From positions 192,001 through 256,000 of the forward strand of contig CAWBWI010000002.1 of assembly GCA_963792585.1 (NCBI GenBank): 64,000 nucleotides of DNA, read 5' to 3'. Positions 48,944 through 58,009 of this stretch are shown here, piece after piece; the stretch's first letter is position 1; every line of letters begins with the position of its first letter. A program made the translations under genes and the position numbers. Origin of the DNA: Candidatus Eiseniibacteriota bacterium. Its GTDB lineage: Bacteria > Eisenbacteria > RBG-16-71-46 > CAIMUX01 > VGJL01. The notes under the pieces were generated by a model. It saw only the letters and a program-made list of their open reading frames with translations. It ran no database searches and had not been told where the DNA came from.

Positions 48944-48976
48944 GAGCCTCACGCGACGCGATCCTCCGCCCCGCGC

Positions 48977-48993
48977 GGACCAAGGTCCCATAG
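48977..48993 (+). promoter_or_regulatory. Putative response-regulator box, copy 1 (GGACCAAGGTCCCATAG)
   Basis: 14/17 identical to the copy at 49439; intergenic, just upstream of the REC-only gene. Confidence 0.6.
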
Positions 48994-49025
48994 CACGGAT
49001 TGCCTCCAGGGGCCAGAGTCCAGAC

Positions 49026-49394
49026 ATGGCCTCTCGTCTCTTCACGGTCGTCGTTGATGACGATCTCTCCGTATGTCGCGCCCTCCGCCGCCTCCTGCAA
49101 TCCGCAGGAATGTGGGTGGAGACCAACATATCCGGCGAGAGCTTCCTGCAGACCCCTCTGGAGCGAGAGCCGGATTGCCTCATCCTGGACGTCCGCATGC
49201 CGGGGATGTCGGGACCGCAGCTTCGCGACCGGATCCGCGACTTGGGCTGTCAAACCCCGGTGGTCTTCATCACGGCGCATGCGGAGGACGAGAGCGGTCT
49301 GGACGGAATGGATGAGGAAGTCCTCCGAAAGCCATTCGGCGACCAAGCTCTGATCGACGCCATCCATCGCGCCGTGGACCGGCGAGGAACCTGA
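49026..49394 (+). CDS. Single-domain response regulator
   Basis: VVDDD, ILDVRMPGMSG, VFITAH, LRKPF. Confidence 0.88.
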   Translation: MASRLFTVVVDDDLSVCRALRRLLQSAGMWVETNISGESFLQTPLEREPDCLILDVRMPGMSGPQLRDRIRDLGCQTPVVFITAHAEDESGLDGMDEEVLRKPFGDQALIDAIHRAVDRRGT

Positions 49395-49438
49395 ATGCGG
49401 CTCCACCCGTTCCCAAGACCGCCGGAGGGTCCGATGTT

Positions 49439-49455
49439 GGACCAAAGGCCCATAT
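49439..49455 (+). promoter_or_regulatory. Putative response-regulator box, copy 2 (GGACCAAAGGCCCATAT)
   Basis: Repeat of the 48977 motif, upstream of the radical SAM gene. Confidence 0.6.
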
Positions 49456-49603
49456 TCCACCGGTTGTCCGCCCTGTAATTGTGGGTCGAGGCCGGATTGG
49501 CATGCCTCTCGTTTGCGGCGCGCCGGTTGGCCTTGCCGACGGCGAAGCGGGTACGCCCGCTTCGCCCGACGGCATCTCAGACGAAGAAGTTCGAGGAGAC
49601 CCG

Positions 49604-51238
49604 ATGCGCATCCTGTTCATCTGTCCGCGCTTTCCCGATTCGTTGTGGAACTTCCGAGGCATCGAGAAACTCGTTGGCGTGCAGTCCTCGCAGGCGCCGA
49701 TCGGGCTGGCGACGGTCGCCGCCCTCACTCCGCCTGAGTTCGATGTCTCGCTGGTGGACGAGAACCTGGATCCGATCGACTTCGAGGCGGCATGCGACGT
49801 CGTCGCAATCTCGTGCTTCAACGTCCAGTGGTCGCGCGCGCTCGAGATCGCCGGCGAGTTTCGGAAGCGCGGGCGCCTGATCGTGATCGGCGGTCCCTAC
49901 CCGACCCTCTGCCCCGAACGCTTCGTGGGCGTCGCCGACGCCCTCTTCGTGGGAGAGGCTGAGTACACCTGGCCGAGATTCTGCCGGGACCTGCTCGAGG
50001 GCAGGACGCCGGACTCCACCTATGAACAGGAGCGGGGGAAGGTCAAGATGACCGACTCTCCCATCCCACGTTACGAGCTGTTGTCAGCGGAGAGATATCT
50101 CTATCACTATGTCCAGACCACGCGGGGCTGCCCCTTCCAGTGCGAGTTCTGCGACATCATCGTGACCGACGGCCGCGTCCCCAGGACCAAGACCGTGGAG
50201 CAGGTGATGAACGAGGTGGAGACGATCCGCCGGCTCGGGGCCCGGTACATCTCCTTCTCCGACGCCAACCTGATCGCCAACCCGAAATACGCCGAGCGAT
50301 TGCTCACCGCGCTGAGGGATTTCGGCGCCGCCAACGGCTACCCGATCCGCTTCTCGGGGGAGTTGACGCTGAACGTCGCGGAGTTCCCGAAGATCCTCGA
50401 ACTTCTGCGTGACAGCAATTTCGAGAGCGTCTTCATCGGTGTGGAGTCGCCGCGGTCGGAAAGCCTCCTTGAAGCGGGAAAGGGACAGAATGTTCGCGGA
50501 TCGCTGATCGATCGCATCCGAACGGTTCAGTCCCACAACCTGCTCGTGATCGCCGGGATGATCGTCGGCTTCGACACCGACGACGTCGGGATCTTCCAGG
50601 ACACCTTCGACTTCCTGCAGGATGCCGGCATCGCCTTTACGACCGCCGGGGTGCTCTTCGCCATCGAACACACACCGCTGCACACGCGCCTGCAGAACGA
50701 GGGCCGCCTCCGGGAGTTCGATATCAGCAAGGCGCAGGTTCACGGGAGCGCCGATCTCAACTTCGTGCCCAAGGGAATGACGGCCGAGGAGTTGCTGCAC
50801 GGATACCGATGGATGATCCGCGCCCTGTACCGGTACGAAGCCTACGCGGAGAGGCTGGTGCGCGGGTTGGAGGCGTACGGCCCGACTCCGGCCGCCGCCC
50901 GGGGATCCGCAAAGCAGCCGGGAACAAAGCAACTTGGCGCGGTCGGGCGGATCCTTTCCTACTTCTTGTGGACGCGGGACGCGGCCAGGCGGCGGTTCTT
51001 CTTGAGAACCGTGTGGCGGGTCATGCGGCGGCGTCCCTCCATGCAGAAGCTCGTCATCGCCGTGACCTACATGACGGTCCACAAGCACTTCCATGAGTAC
51101 GTAGAGCGCATCCACGGCGAACCGGAGACCTCGGACCGCCAATCCCCGTTTTCGGTGGCCGGGGGAGCAAAGCTCCCGGTCCGAGCGGTTGCACGCTTGC
51201 GCGCCTCTCGGGCGCCGGCCGACACCGTGAGCGTGTAG
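49604..51238 (+). CDS. B12-binding radical SAM protein (DUF4070-type C-terminus)
   Basis: PIGLATVAALTP, VDEN, IGGPYPT, GEAE, TRGCPFQCEFC (CxxxCxxC), VFIGVES, MIVGFDTD; GAGGAG RBS. Confidence 0.88.
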   Translation: MRILFICPRFPDSLWNFRGIEKLVGVQSSQAPIGLATVAALTPPEFDVSLVDENLDPIDFEAACDVVAISCFNVQWSRALEIAGEFRKRGRLIVIGGPYPTLCPERFVGVADALFVGEAEYTWPRFCRDLLEGRTPDSTYEQERGKVKMTDSPIPRYELLSAERYLYHYVQTTRGCPFQCEFCDIIVTDGRVPRTKTVEQVMNEVETIRRLGARYISFSDANLIANPKYAERLLTALRDFGAANGYPIRFSGELTLNVAEFPKILELLRDSNFESVFIGVESPRSESLLEAGKGQNVRGSLIDRIRTVQSHNLLVIAGMIVGFDTDDVGIFQDTFDFLQDAGIAFTTAGVLFAIEHTPLHTRLQNEGRLREFDISKAQVHGSADLNFVPKGMTAEELLHGYRWMIRALYRYEAYAERLVRGLEAYGPTPAAARGSAKQPGTKQLGAVGRILSYFLWTRDAARRRFFLRTVWRVMRRRPSMQKLVIAVTYMTVHKHFHEYVERIHGEPETSDRQSPFSVAGGAKLPVRAVARLRASRAPADTVSV

Positions 51239-51275
51239 TCCGCGCACCGGCGACGGTTCCGGCGCCGCGCGAATC

Positions 51276-53138
51276 TCAGTTCATCAGAGACGCGATCTTC
51301 GCCTCGGCATCCGCGTGCAGGGTCGGCGGCGCCCCGAAGAAGGTGGCCGTCGAGCGGCCTTCGCGATCGAAGAGAAGCAGGGTCGGCAGAGCGCTCACGT
51401 CGCCAAAGGAGCGCGCTGCCTCCGGAGTGCCCATCGCCCAACGGAGGTCTTGTCCGAGCCCGCCGACGAATGCGCGAACTTTTCCTGGATCCGACTGGAC
51501 CGCCAGCGCGAGCACGACGAGGCGGTCTCCGTATTGCCGCTTCAACCCCCCGAGCCAGCGGAGCGTGGTTCGACATGGGGGGCACCACGGAGCCCAGAAA
51601 TCCACGATGACCACCCGCCCACGGAGTTCCTCACGGGTGATCGGCACGCCCTCGAGATCCGTCAGGCTGAAGTCGGGGAGATCGGTGATTCGGGCGTCGG
51701 CGGCCGGTCTCGCCTCGCGTCTGGCCTCTTCCTGTCGACCTTCGAGAATCAGGCCGATCGTACGGGAGAGATCGCCACGGAAGCGGGCATGGCTCTCCGG
51801 CGTCTGGAGCGGGGCGTATCGACCCCCCGACTCCGACTCGCCCTTGCCGTAGAAGCCGAAGTCGTTCGGCGTGGCGACCAGCACGTCGTCCACGAAGATC
51901 GCGGGGTAGCGGGTCACCCCGAATCGCTTGGCCAGCTCCGAGTCGCCGTAGTTCTCCTCGACGAACCGCGCTTCTCCGCCGAACTCCTTCACCACGCCCT
52001 GAGCCAGCAGACCTGCCGGATCGGAGAGGTTTCAGGTGTAGGGCCAGCGAACGAGCGTGACGGTCACCCGCGGTGTCGGCTTCCCGTCTGGTGGTGGCGC
52101 CGGCTCGAACAGGGCGAGGTAGCGGGGCAGGACATCGGTGTCGACGGCAATCGCGACGGCAGATGCCGTGTCGGCCGTCGAACCCGCGAGGTCCGCCTGC
52201 GCGATCTCCAGGAAGAGCCGACCGAGCGTGTGATCCACCTCGCCGGGCGACAGACGCCGATCCCACTCCACCAGGCGCGCCCTCATCTCATTCGCGTCGA
52301 CCCCCGCCCCGTTTCCGCGGATGGGAGCGAAGCGGAGGGCCGCCTGCAGGTAGCGGAGCGCCGCGCCATGGCGAAGCCCGGCAGCATTCAGTTCTCGGGC
52401 TTCCTTGAGGCTCGAGCCGAGCGTGATGAACTCGGCATGGCGGTCGATCGAAGCCGGTGGACGATAGGCGCGGAGCACCGCGTCCTCGAGGGCGTCGAGC
52501 TCGGGGTCGAGCGGCCGCAGTTCCCGGACGGTCGGTCCGGGGGGGATCGAGAGGGTGCGGCAGAAGGCCGCGAGATCGCGTTGCGCGCGCGCATAGCCCA
52601 GGTAGAAGAAGCCGGAAGCCGGGTCCGTGGCCCGTTCGAAATCGACGCTCGCCTCATAGTAGACCTTCACCTGGGGGAGGGCCGTCTCCAACAGCGCGCG
52701 CACTGCGGCCGGATGCACATCAACCTCGGCATCGGGCGAGATCGTCGTGAGCTCTGCCGCCAAGTCCGACCCCATCCGCTTCCACTCGGCAAGGAATGCG
52801 GTCGAATCCCGGCTCTCCGCGGCCGGGATCCCCTCCACGTACTTCGTTGCCGCGAGGTTCCCCTGCGCTGCAACCAGGCGGGAAAGGGCGAGCCAGCGGC
52901 GCCCGTCGTGAAGCGCCTCCGCCGCACGCTCCAGCACCGGCCCGCTGACCTGCTTGACCTGAGTCCACATCTCGTCTGTAGACGGATTGTCCTGGATGTA
53001 GGAACTCCAGCGCGCAATCTCCGCCTCGATGGGGTCGCGCACGGGCGCCCCGTCACCGCCCGCCGAGATGGCGGGGATCGGCAGAAGGCAGGCCACTAGG
53101 GTCGCGCCGGACAGGAACCTCCTTCGCACAAAGCGCAT
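51276..53138 (-). CDS. Probable exported selenoprotein, 620 aa: helical domain + thioredoxin-like UxxS domain + TlpA/ResA-like WCPPC domain (Sec369, UGA at 52034-52032)
   Basis: Track ORFs 52032..53138 and 51276..51995 are in the same frame with a single TGA between them. Read-through gives VTVTLVRWPYT-U-NLSDPAGLLAQGVVKEFGG...FGVTRYPAIFVDD; a SECIS-like hairpin follows; GAGGTG RBS at the start. Confidence 0.85.
52004..52034 (-). promoter_or_regulatory. Bacterial SECIS element
   Basis: UGA-AACCUCUCCGAU-CCGGCA[GGUC]UGCUGG hairpin; apical GCAGGUCUGC (52016-52007) starts 15 nt after UGA, as recalled for the E. coli fdhF SECIS. Confidence 0.8.
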
Positions 53139-53197
53139 CGGTCACCTCGGCGCGATCGCCGATCCCCGGTGCCCGCGGGCCGGCCGGCATCCGGGCG

Positions 53198-55252
53198 TCA
53201 CCAGATGCTCACCCGCTTCGACTCCTCGCGATACATCTTGTCCCCCGGCTTCACGCCGAAGGTCGTGTAGAACTCCGGGATGTTTGGAAGGGGACCGTTG
53301 ACGCGCAGGAAGTCAGGGGAGTGCACGTCGGTCATGATGAGTTGGGCGAGCATCTCGGGGCGCATGTGTCCCAGCCAGGAAAGGGAATAGCCGAGGAAGA
53401 AGCGCTGGTCCGGGGTGAGGCCGTTGATCACCTCGCCGGTCTTCCACTGATCGGTCTTCTTGAAGGCGTCATAGGCGATCACGACCCCGCCGAGGTCGGC
53501 GATGTTCTCGCCAAGGGTGGCGAGCCCGCGCACGTGCAGGTCGCCTACGACGAATTCGTTGAATTGCTCCACCAGCATCTGCGCCCGTTGGGCGAACTGC
53601 GAGGAATCGGCGGACGTCCACCATGGGCGCATGTTCCCATACGCGTCGTACTGCCGCCCCTCGTCATCGAAACCGTGGGTCAATTCGTGACCGATCGTGG
53701 ACGCTCCCGCGTATCCGTAGAGGATCGCATCGTCCAGGAGCGAATCGGGAACCCCCGGCACGAAGAAGATCGCCGCGGGGAGCACGATCTCGACCTTCGA
53801 ACCGTCGTAGTAGGCGTTGTATGTCTGCGGCGTCATCGACCACTCGGTCAGATCGACCGGTTTGCCCAGCTTGTTGGCCCCATAGCGGAACCACCACTCG
53901 TTGACCCGCAGCTGATTGCGAACGTACGAGTCGGTCTCGATCGAGAGGGCGGAATAGTCCCGCCAGCGATCCGGATAGGCAACCTTCCGCCCGACGCGGC
54001 CGAGCTTCTCGAGGGCCTTCTCCTTTGTCGGCTGGCTCATCCATGTCAGTCTCCGGATCCGGTCGCCGTAGGCGGTCACGATCTCTGCCTCGAGTTTCTC
54101 GTAGCGCGCCTTCGTGGCGGGCGAACAATACTTCCCGACCCAGACCTGGCCCAGGAGTTCCCCAACCGATCCCTCCGTGGCCTCGAGAACCCGCTTCCAC
54201 CGGGGGCGCTGCTCCGTCGTGCCGGTCATGAGGGTGCCGTAGAACCGGAAGTCCTGCCTGTCAAAGGGAGTGCTCAAGTGGTCGGCGAGGGTGTTGATGA
54301 CGCTCCAACGGAGGTAGTCCTTCCACGCCGCGAGCGGAAACGCGTTGAGCGTCGAGTCTGCGCGCGTGAAGAATTCGGGCTGGCCGATCACGAGCGAGTC
54401 GAGGGGTGGGATCCCCATCAGCCCGAGCTGCTCCCTCCAATCGATCGAAGGGGTGAGCTGCGACAGTTGATCCATCGACATCTTGTTGTAGTTCGCGTAT
54501 GGATCGCGCCTTTCCTCCATCGTGCGGGACGCTTCCGCGAGCGAGGTCTCGATCGAGAGGATCGAACGGGCGGCCTCGCGCGCGCGCGCTTCGTCGTCGC
54601 CGAGAAGGCGGAACATCGCCGCGACATGGTCCGGATACGCCTCGCGGATCTTCTTCGTCGTGGGATCGTCGGCGAAATAATAGTCCCGGTCGGGCAGCCC
54701 GAGACCGCCCTGATGGAGGAACACGACGTGGGCGGCGCTGTTCTTGTCGTCCTGTCCGATGTAGAAGCCATAGAGGCTGCGAATGCCAATCACACGCAAA
54801 GCCGCGACGGTCCGAAGCAACTCGTCGCGGGATTGGATGGCGGCGATCCGGTCGAGCTCGGGCCGGATCGGGGCAATGCCTTGCGATTCGATCGAGGCGG
54901 AGTCCATGCCCGCAGTCCAGAAGTCGCCGACCTTCTGTTCGTTGCTCCCCTTCACGGCCCGCTTGGCGGCTGCCGCCTCGCAGATCTCCCGGAGCTGAAG
55001 GTAGATCTCCCTCTGGATCTCTTTTCCGATGCCCCAGTACCGCTCGCTGGGAGGTATCGGGTGGTCCTTGATCCACGCGCCGTTGGCATGGAGGAAGAAG
55101 TCGTCGCCCGGTTTGACGGTGGGATCCATGTTGCGAACGAGCGGGTCGATCGCCGGCGGCAACTTCGGTCCGGCTCCGACGGGCGCGACGACGGCGAATG
55201 CGGCGAACAGAACCAGACCTGACGTGACCCAAGCGGACCAGCGGCAACCCAT
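53198..55252 (-). CDS. pepO: M13-family zinc metallopeptidase (PepO/neprilysin-like), exported
   Basis: Signal peptide; DDFF.HANG.W, QGGLGLPDRDYY, NAYY, GHELTHGFDDEG, GENIADLGG, TDVHSP. Confidence 0.9.
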   Translation of the reverse strand: MGCRWSAWVTSGLVLFAAFAVVAPVGAGPKLPPAIDPLVRNMDPTVKPGDDFFLHANGAWIKDHPIPPSERYWGIGKEIQREIYLQLREICEAAAAKRAVKGSNEQKVGDFWTAGMDSASIESQGIAPIRPELDRIAAIQSRDELLRTVAALRVIGIRSLYGFYIGQDDKNSAAHVVFLHQGGLGLPDRDYYFADDPTTKKIREAYPDHVAAMFRLLGDDEARAREAARSILSIETSLAEASRTMEERRDPYANYNKMSMDQLSQLTPSIDWREQLGLMGIPPLDSLVIGQPEFFTRADSTLNAFPLAAWKDYLRWSVINTLADHLSTPFDRQDFRFYGTLMTGTTEQRPRWKRVLEATEGSVGELLGQVWVGKYCSPATKARYEKLEAEIVTAYGDRIRRLTWMSQPTKEKALEKLGRVGRKVAYPDRWRDYSALSIETDSYVRNQLRVNEWWFRYGANKLGKPVDLTEWSMTPQTYNAYYDGSKVEIVLPAAIFFVPGVPDSLLDDAILYGYAGASTIGHELTHGFDDEGRQYDAYGNMRPWWTSADSSQFAQRAQMLVEQFNEFVVGDLHVRGLATLGENIADLGGVVIAYDAFKKTDQWKTGEVINGLTPDQRFFLGYSLSWLGHMRPEMLAQLIMTDVHSPDFLRVNGPLPNIPEFYTTFGVKPGDKMYREESKRVSIW

Positions 55253-55586
55253 CTTCTCCTCCATTCCGCGCAAAGACAGCACTCTTCGCACAGAATAGGG
55301 AACCGAACGTCACGGGGCCAGAGAGCGTGTTTGCGAACTGCGGATTCGGACGACAATATCCGTAAGGCCTTTCCTAATCGCTCGGCGACCTCGGGGCCGG
55401 ACCGACAGGCGCCGAACCCGTAATTGCTGCATCTGTTTCGAGTTATCGGCCGGGCGGGCCGAGATTGCTGTCCCCCCGCGCAGGCGGGGGAGGGGCCGAT
55501 CGAAGCCCGAGTTGGCGAACCCGCTGGACAGAATGCCGGACTCGGGAGCGTTTCCTCCCGGATGCGCCCCGGATATACTGCCGGCC

Positions 55587-57185
55587 GTGACGTCAAAACC
55601 GCAGGCGGGCGGCGCGACCCGGTCCGGGCGCTACGCGGCCCTCGTGGCCGCAGGAATCTTTCTGAGCCGGATCGCGGGACTCGTTCGCGAGCGAATCTTC
55701 TCCCACTACTTCGGGCTGTCGGACGCGGGCGACGTGTTCAAGGCCGCATTCAAGATCCCGAATTTCCTGCAGAATCTCTTCGGCGAGGGTGTTCTCTCCG
55801 CGTCCTTCATTCCCGTCTACGCGCGACTGCTCGCCGAGGACGATGAGGTGGCCGCGAAGAGGGTCGCCGGAGCCGTCTTCTCGTTGCTCGCCCTGCTGAT
55901 CTCGATCCTGGTCTTGGTCGGGATCCTGGCGGCGCCCTGGCTGGTCGATGCGATCGCCCCCGGGTTCCCGGAAGAGAAGCGGGCCTTCCTCGTCAAGCTG
56001 GTCAAGATCATCTTCCCGGGCACTGGGTTTCTGGTCCTCTCGGCTTGGTGCCTCGGCGTGCTGAACAGCCATCGCCGCTTCTTTCTCTCCTACTCCGCGC
56101 CGCTTGCATGGAACGCGGTCATGATCGCGGCCCTTCTGGGGTTCGGCAGGCGCATGGGCCCCTTCCCGCTCGCCGAGACGACGGCATGGGCTTCTGTGGC
56201 GGGGAGCGCTCTGCAGTTTCTGGTGCAACTGCCGACGGTCTTGCGTCTGGCGGGCGGTCTCGACCTCGGGTTGCGCCTTCGTTCGGCGCCCGTTCGAAGG
56301 ATTGTGGGCAATTTCGGCCCCGTCTTCCTGAGCCGGGGCGTGGTGCAGATCAGCGCCTACATCGACAACCTGCTGGCCAGCTTCCTTTCAACGGGCGCGG
56401 TGACTGCCCTCTACAACGCCCAGACCCTCTATCTCCTCCCCGTGAGCCTCTTCGGAATGTCGGTTTCTGCCGCGGAACTTCCCCTCATGTCCAGGACCAT
56501 CGGGAGCGACGATGAGGTCCACGCCGCGCTCAGGGGCCGCCTCGAGTCGGGGCTACGACGGATCGCGTTCTTCGTGATTCCCTCGGCCATGGCCTTTCTG
56601 GCCCTCGGTGACATCGTCACGGGTATCGTCTACCAGACGGGGCGGTTCGGCCGCGCGGACTCGGTCTATGTTTGGGGAGTTCTGGTCGGGCCGGCGATCG
56701 GCCTATTGGCGACGACCTCGGCTCGCCTCTACTCCTCGACCTTCTACGCACTGGGGGATACGAGGACGCCGCTGCGCTACGCACTCGTGAGGGTGGTCCT
56801 GTCCACGGGCCTTGGCTACCTGATGGCCTTTCACGTCATCCGCTGGCTTGGACTCGCGCCGCGGTGGGGAGTTGCCGGCCTCACGATCGCTTCCGGGCTG
56901 GTGGGCTGGGTGGAGTACGTCCTGCTGCGGGGAGCGCTCCTGCGCAGGATCGGTCGCATCGATGCTCCCGTACGGGCTCTCGCCGTCCTGTGGGGCATTG
57001 CGATCGTCGGCGCGGCGGCCGCGTGGTGCGTGAAGCTCGGGCTGAGGAACCAGTCGCCGCTCGCGATGGGCGTCATCGCCCTACTGCTCCATGGCGGCGT
57101 CTATCTGACCTTGGCCTACGTTCTGCGCATTCCCGAGGCGAGGGCTATCCTTGCGCGGCTGCGCCGCCGGCCCCGCAACGCCTGA
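55587..57185 (+). CDS. murJ: Lipid II flippase MurJ (start approximate)
   Basis: LSRIAGLVRE, AFKIPNFLQNLFGEGVLSASFIPV, LPVSLFG, FYALGDTRTP; many TM helices. Confidence 0.92.
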   Translation: MTSKPQAGGATRSGRYAALVAAGIFLSRIAGLVRERIFSHYFGLSDAGDVFKAAFKIPNFLQNLFGEGVLSASFIPVYARLLAEDDEVAAKRVAGAVFSLLALLISILVLVGILAAPWLVDAIAPGFPEEKRAFLVKLVKIIFPGTGFLVLSAWCLGVLNSHRRFFLSYSAPLAWNAVMIAALLGFGRRMGPFPLAETTAWASVAGSALQFLVQLPTVLRLAGGLDLGLRLRSAPVRRIVGNFGPVFLSRGVVQISAYIDNLLASFLSTGAVTALYNAQTLYLLPVSLFGMSVSAAELPLMSRTIGSDDEVHAALRGRLESGLRRIAFFVIPSAMAFLALGDIVTGIVYQTGRFGRADSVYVWGVLVGPAIGLLATTSARLYSSTFYALGDTRTPLRYALVRVVLSTGLGYLMAFHVIRWLGLAPRWGVAGLTIASGLVGWVEYVLLRGALLRRIGRIDAPVRALAVLWGIAIVGAAAAWCVKLGLRNQSPLAMGVIALLLHGGVYLTLAYVLRIPEARAILARLRRRPRNA

Positions 57186-57243
57186 TCGCGAGCGACCCCG
57201 CTTGTAGCGCGCCGCGAGGTCCTGATAACGTCTCCGCAGGACG

Positions 57244-58002
57244 ATGTCCAACTCTTCCCCAACGGTCGCCGGGTTTACCCGCACCGAGTCCCGTGAGCGT
57301 TCCCATGCGCAACTGCTGCGGCGGGCTTTTCTCTACGCCGGCGCGGCGCACCTGCTCCTCGCCCTCGCGATCAACCCGAATTTCATCCTTCGGCTCCTGC
57401 GCCCGGACGTGACGATCGGCTATCCGGGCGAGCCTCGAAGGGGCGAGCTGGCTCCTCAGGGCCTCCAAGGGAAGGACAAGTTCACCTACTTCCGCGTTCG
57501 CAGGTACACGGGGCCTGTGACGCTGACCAGCTACGAGCCGGTCGGCACGAGGCCGGCCGACGACGCGACGAACCCCACGAAGGGTCTGCCCATCGCCGGC
57601 AGTGTCGGAGAGAGCGGCCCGCTCGAGAACAAAGTGGCGGGTCGGTCGGGAGGAACGGGCGGGCCTCTCGTCATCGAGTTGGGCGAGGACTTCGCGGTCC
57701 TCAAGGAAACCGGCCCGCTCGCGCAGTCGGAGAAATTCCAGGCCCTGAAGATCGTCCGCCCCGAGTATCCGAGGTCAGCGGTGGCCAGAGGGATCGAGGG
57801 ACTGGTACGGCTTCGGGTCGAGGTGGACGTGAGCGGTTCGGTCCTCGAAGTGGATGCGATCGAGAACACGTCGCAGGACAGCACCCTCGTGCAGGCGGCG
57901 ATCGAGGCGATGTTCCACTGGAAATTCAAACCCTACAGGATCAAGTCCGAGTTCGTTCCGTTCACCCTGATCGTGCCGTTTCGCTACCGACTGGTCGATT
58001 GA
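57244..58002 (+). CDS. TonB-family energy transducer
   Basis: N-terminal TM with His (AAHLLLAL); C-terminal PEYPRSAVARGIEGLV.LRVEVD..G.V...WKFKP. Confidence 0.8.
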   Translation: MSNSSPTVAGFTRTESRERSHAQLLRRAFLYAGAAHLLLALAINPNFILRLLRPDVTIGYPGEPRRGELAPQGLQGKDKFTYFRVRRYTGPVTLTSYEPVGTRPADDATNPTKGLPIAGSVGESGPLENKVAGRSGGTGGPLVIELGEDFAVLKETGPLAQSEKFQALKIVRPEYPRSAVARGIEGLVRLRVEVDVSGSVLEVDAIENTSQDSTLVQAAIEAMFHWKFKPYRIKSEFVPFTLIVPFRYRLVD

Positions 58003-58009
58003 GGGAATC

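Noticed and set aside
49604..51238. Calling the radical SAM protein hopanoid methylase HpnP
   Set aside because: Family-level similarity only; no hopanoid genes in the window.
51315..55222. Long plus-strand ORFs 51315..53099 (594 aa) and 53321..55222 (633 aa)
   Set aside because: Antisense shadows of the selenoprotein and M13 peptidase genes, common in high-GC DNA; no recognisable motifs.
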